From contig CAIIXF020000001.1 in NCBI GenBank assembly GCA_903813345.2, forward strand, positions 1,364,001-1,428,000: DNA of 64,000 nt, written 5' to 3'. Positions 63,380 through 64,000 of the stretch are shown here, piece after piece. The notes under the pieces are model-generated. The model worked only from the letters and a program-made list of their open reading frames with translations. It did not search any database and was not told where the DNA came from. This stretch comes from Owenia fusiformis. Taxonomy: Eukaryota. The translations under genes were made by a program, and so were the position numbers. How positions within the stretch are numbered: position 1 is the first letter of the stretch; every line of letters starts with the position of its first letter.

Positions 63380-64000
63380 ACTTAAGTCAGATTTGAATTT
63401 CTGAGAACTTGTAAAGTCAAATTTGAACTTTTGAAAAGATGTAGATGATTTTGAAAAAAAAATTGGGTCAATTTGAAGCAAGTTGAAAACAGACCTTTTT
63501 GACTTTTTTTGACCTTGAGAAGGTCATTAAAGGTCAAATGTCAAATCTAAAGTCAGATTTGAATTTCTTAGAACATGTAGATGATTTTGAAAAAAAAAAT
63601 TAGTCAATTTGAAGCAAGTTGAAAAAAGACCTTTTTGACCCTTTTTGACCTTTTTTAACCTTGAGGTGATTGAAGGTAAAATGTCAAATCTAAAGTCAAA
63701 TCTAAAGTCATATTTGAATTTCTGAGAACATGTAGATGATTTTGAAAAAAAATTTAGTCAATTTGAAGCAAGATGAAAAAATACCTTTTTGACCTTTTTT
63801 GACAAAGAGAAGGTCATTGAAGGTCAAATGTCAAATCTAAAGTCATATTTGAATTTCTGAGAACATGTAGATGATTTTGAAAAAAAATTTAGTCAATTTG
63901 AAGCAAGATGAAAAAATACCTTTTTGACCTTTTTTGACAAAGAGAAGGTCATTGAAGGTCAAATGTCAAATCTAAAGTCAGATTTGAATTTCTGAGAACA
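63380..64000. repeat. ~135-bp tandem repeat array running off the window
   Basis: Unit AGTCA(G/T)ATTTGAATTTCTGAGAACATGTAGATGATTTTG...GAAGGTCAAATGTCAAATCTAA; last copies 135 bp apart (63841, 63976). Confidence 0.85.

Overview
AT-rich animal (probably marine invertebrate) genomic DNA with spliced genes and dense transposon debris; no CRISPR or rRNA. Genes, left to right: (1) a + strand iGluR-family gene whose ligand-binding halves S1 and S2 are joined directly within one exon, with no M1-P-M3 channel, no visible amino-terminal domain and a short C-terminal hydrophobic tail; (2,3) two tandem 8-exon SLC43-family transporters; (4) a 10-exon SLC22 organic cation transporter; (5) an ankyrin-repeat/SOCS-box gene; (6) an apparently truncated ECHDC1-like gene. 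Genes 2-6 are on the - strand. The right third holds a 5.4-kb foldback element built of ~183-bp subrepeats, a nearly intact L1/Tx1-type LINE ORF2, a Transib-like non-autonomous element and tandem repeats. The most interesting observation is the channel-less, probably surface-anchored iGluR ligand-binding-domain protein. All exon models and family calls were made by eye without database searches.
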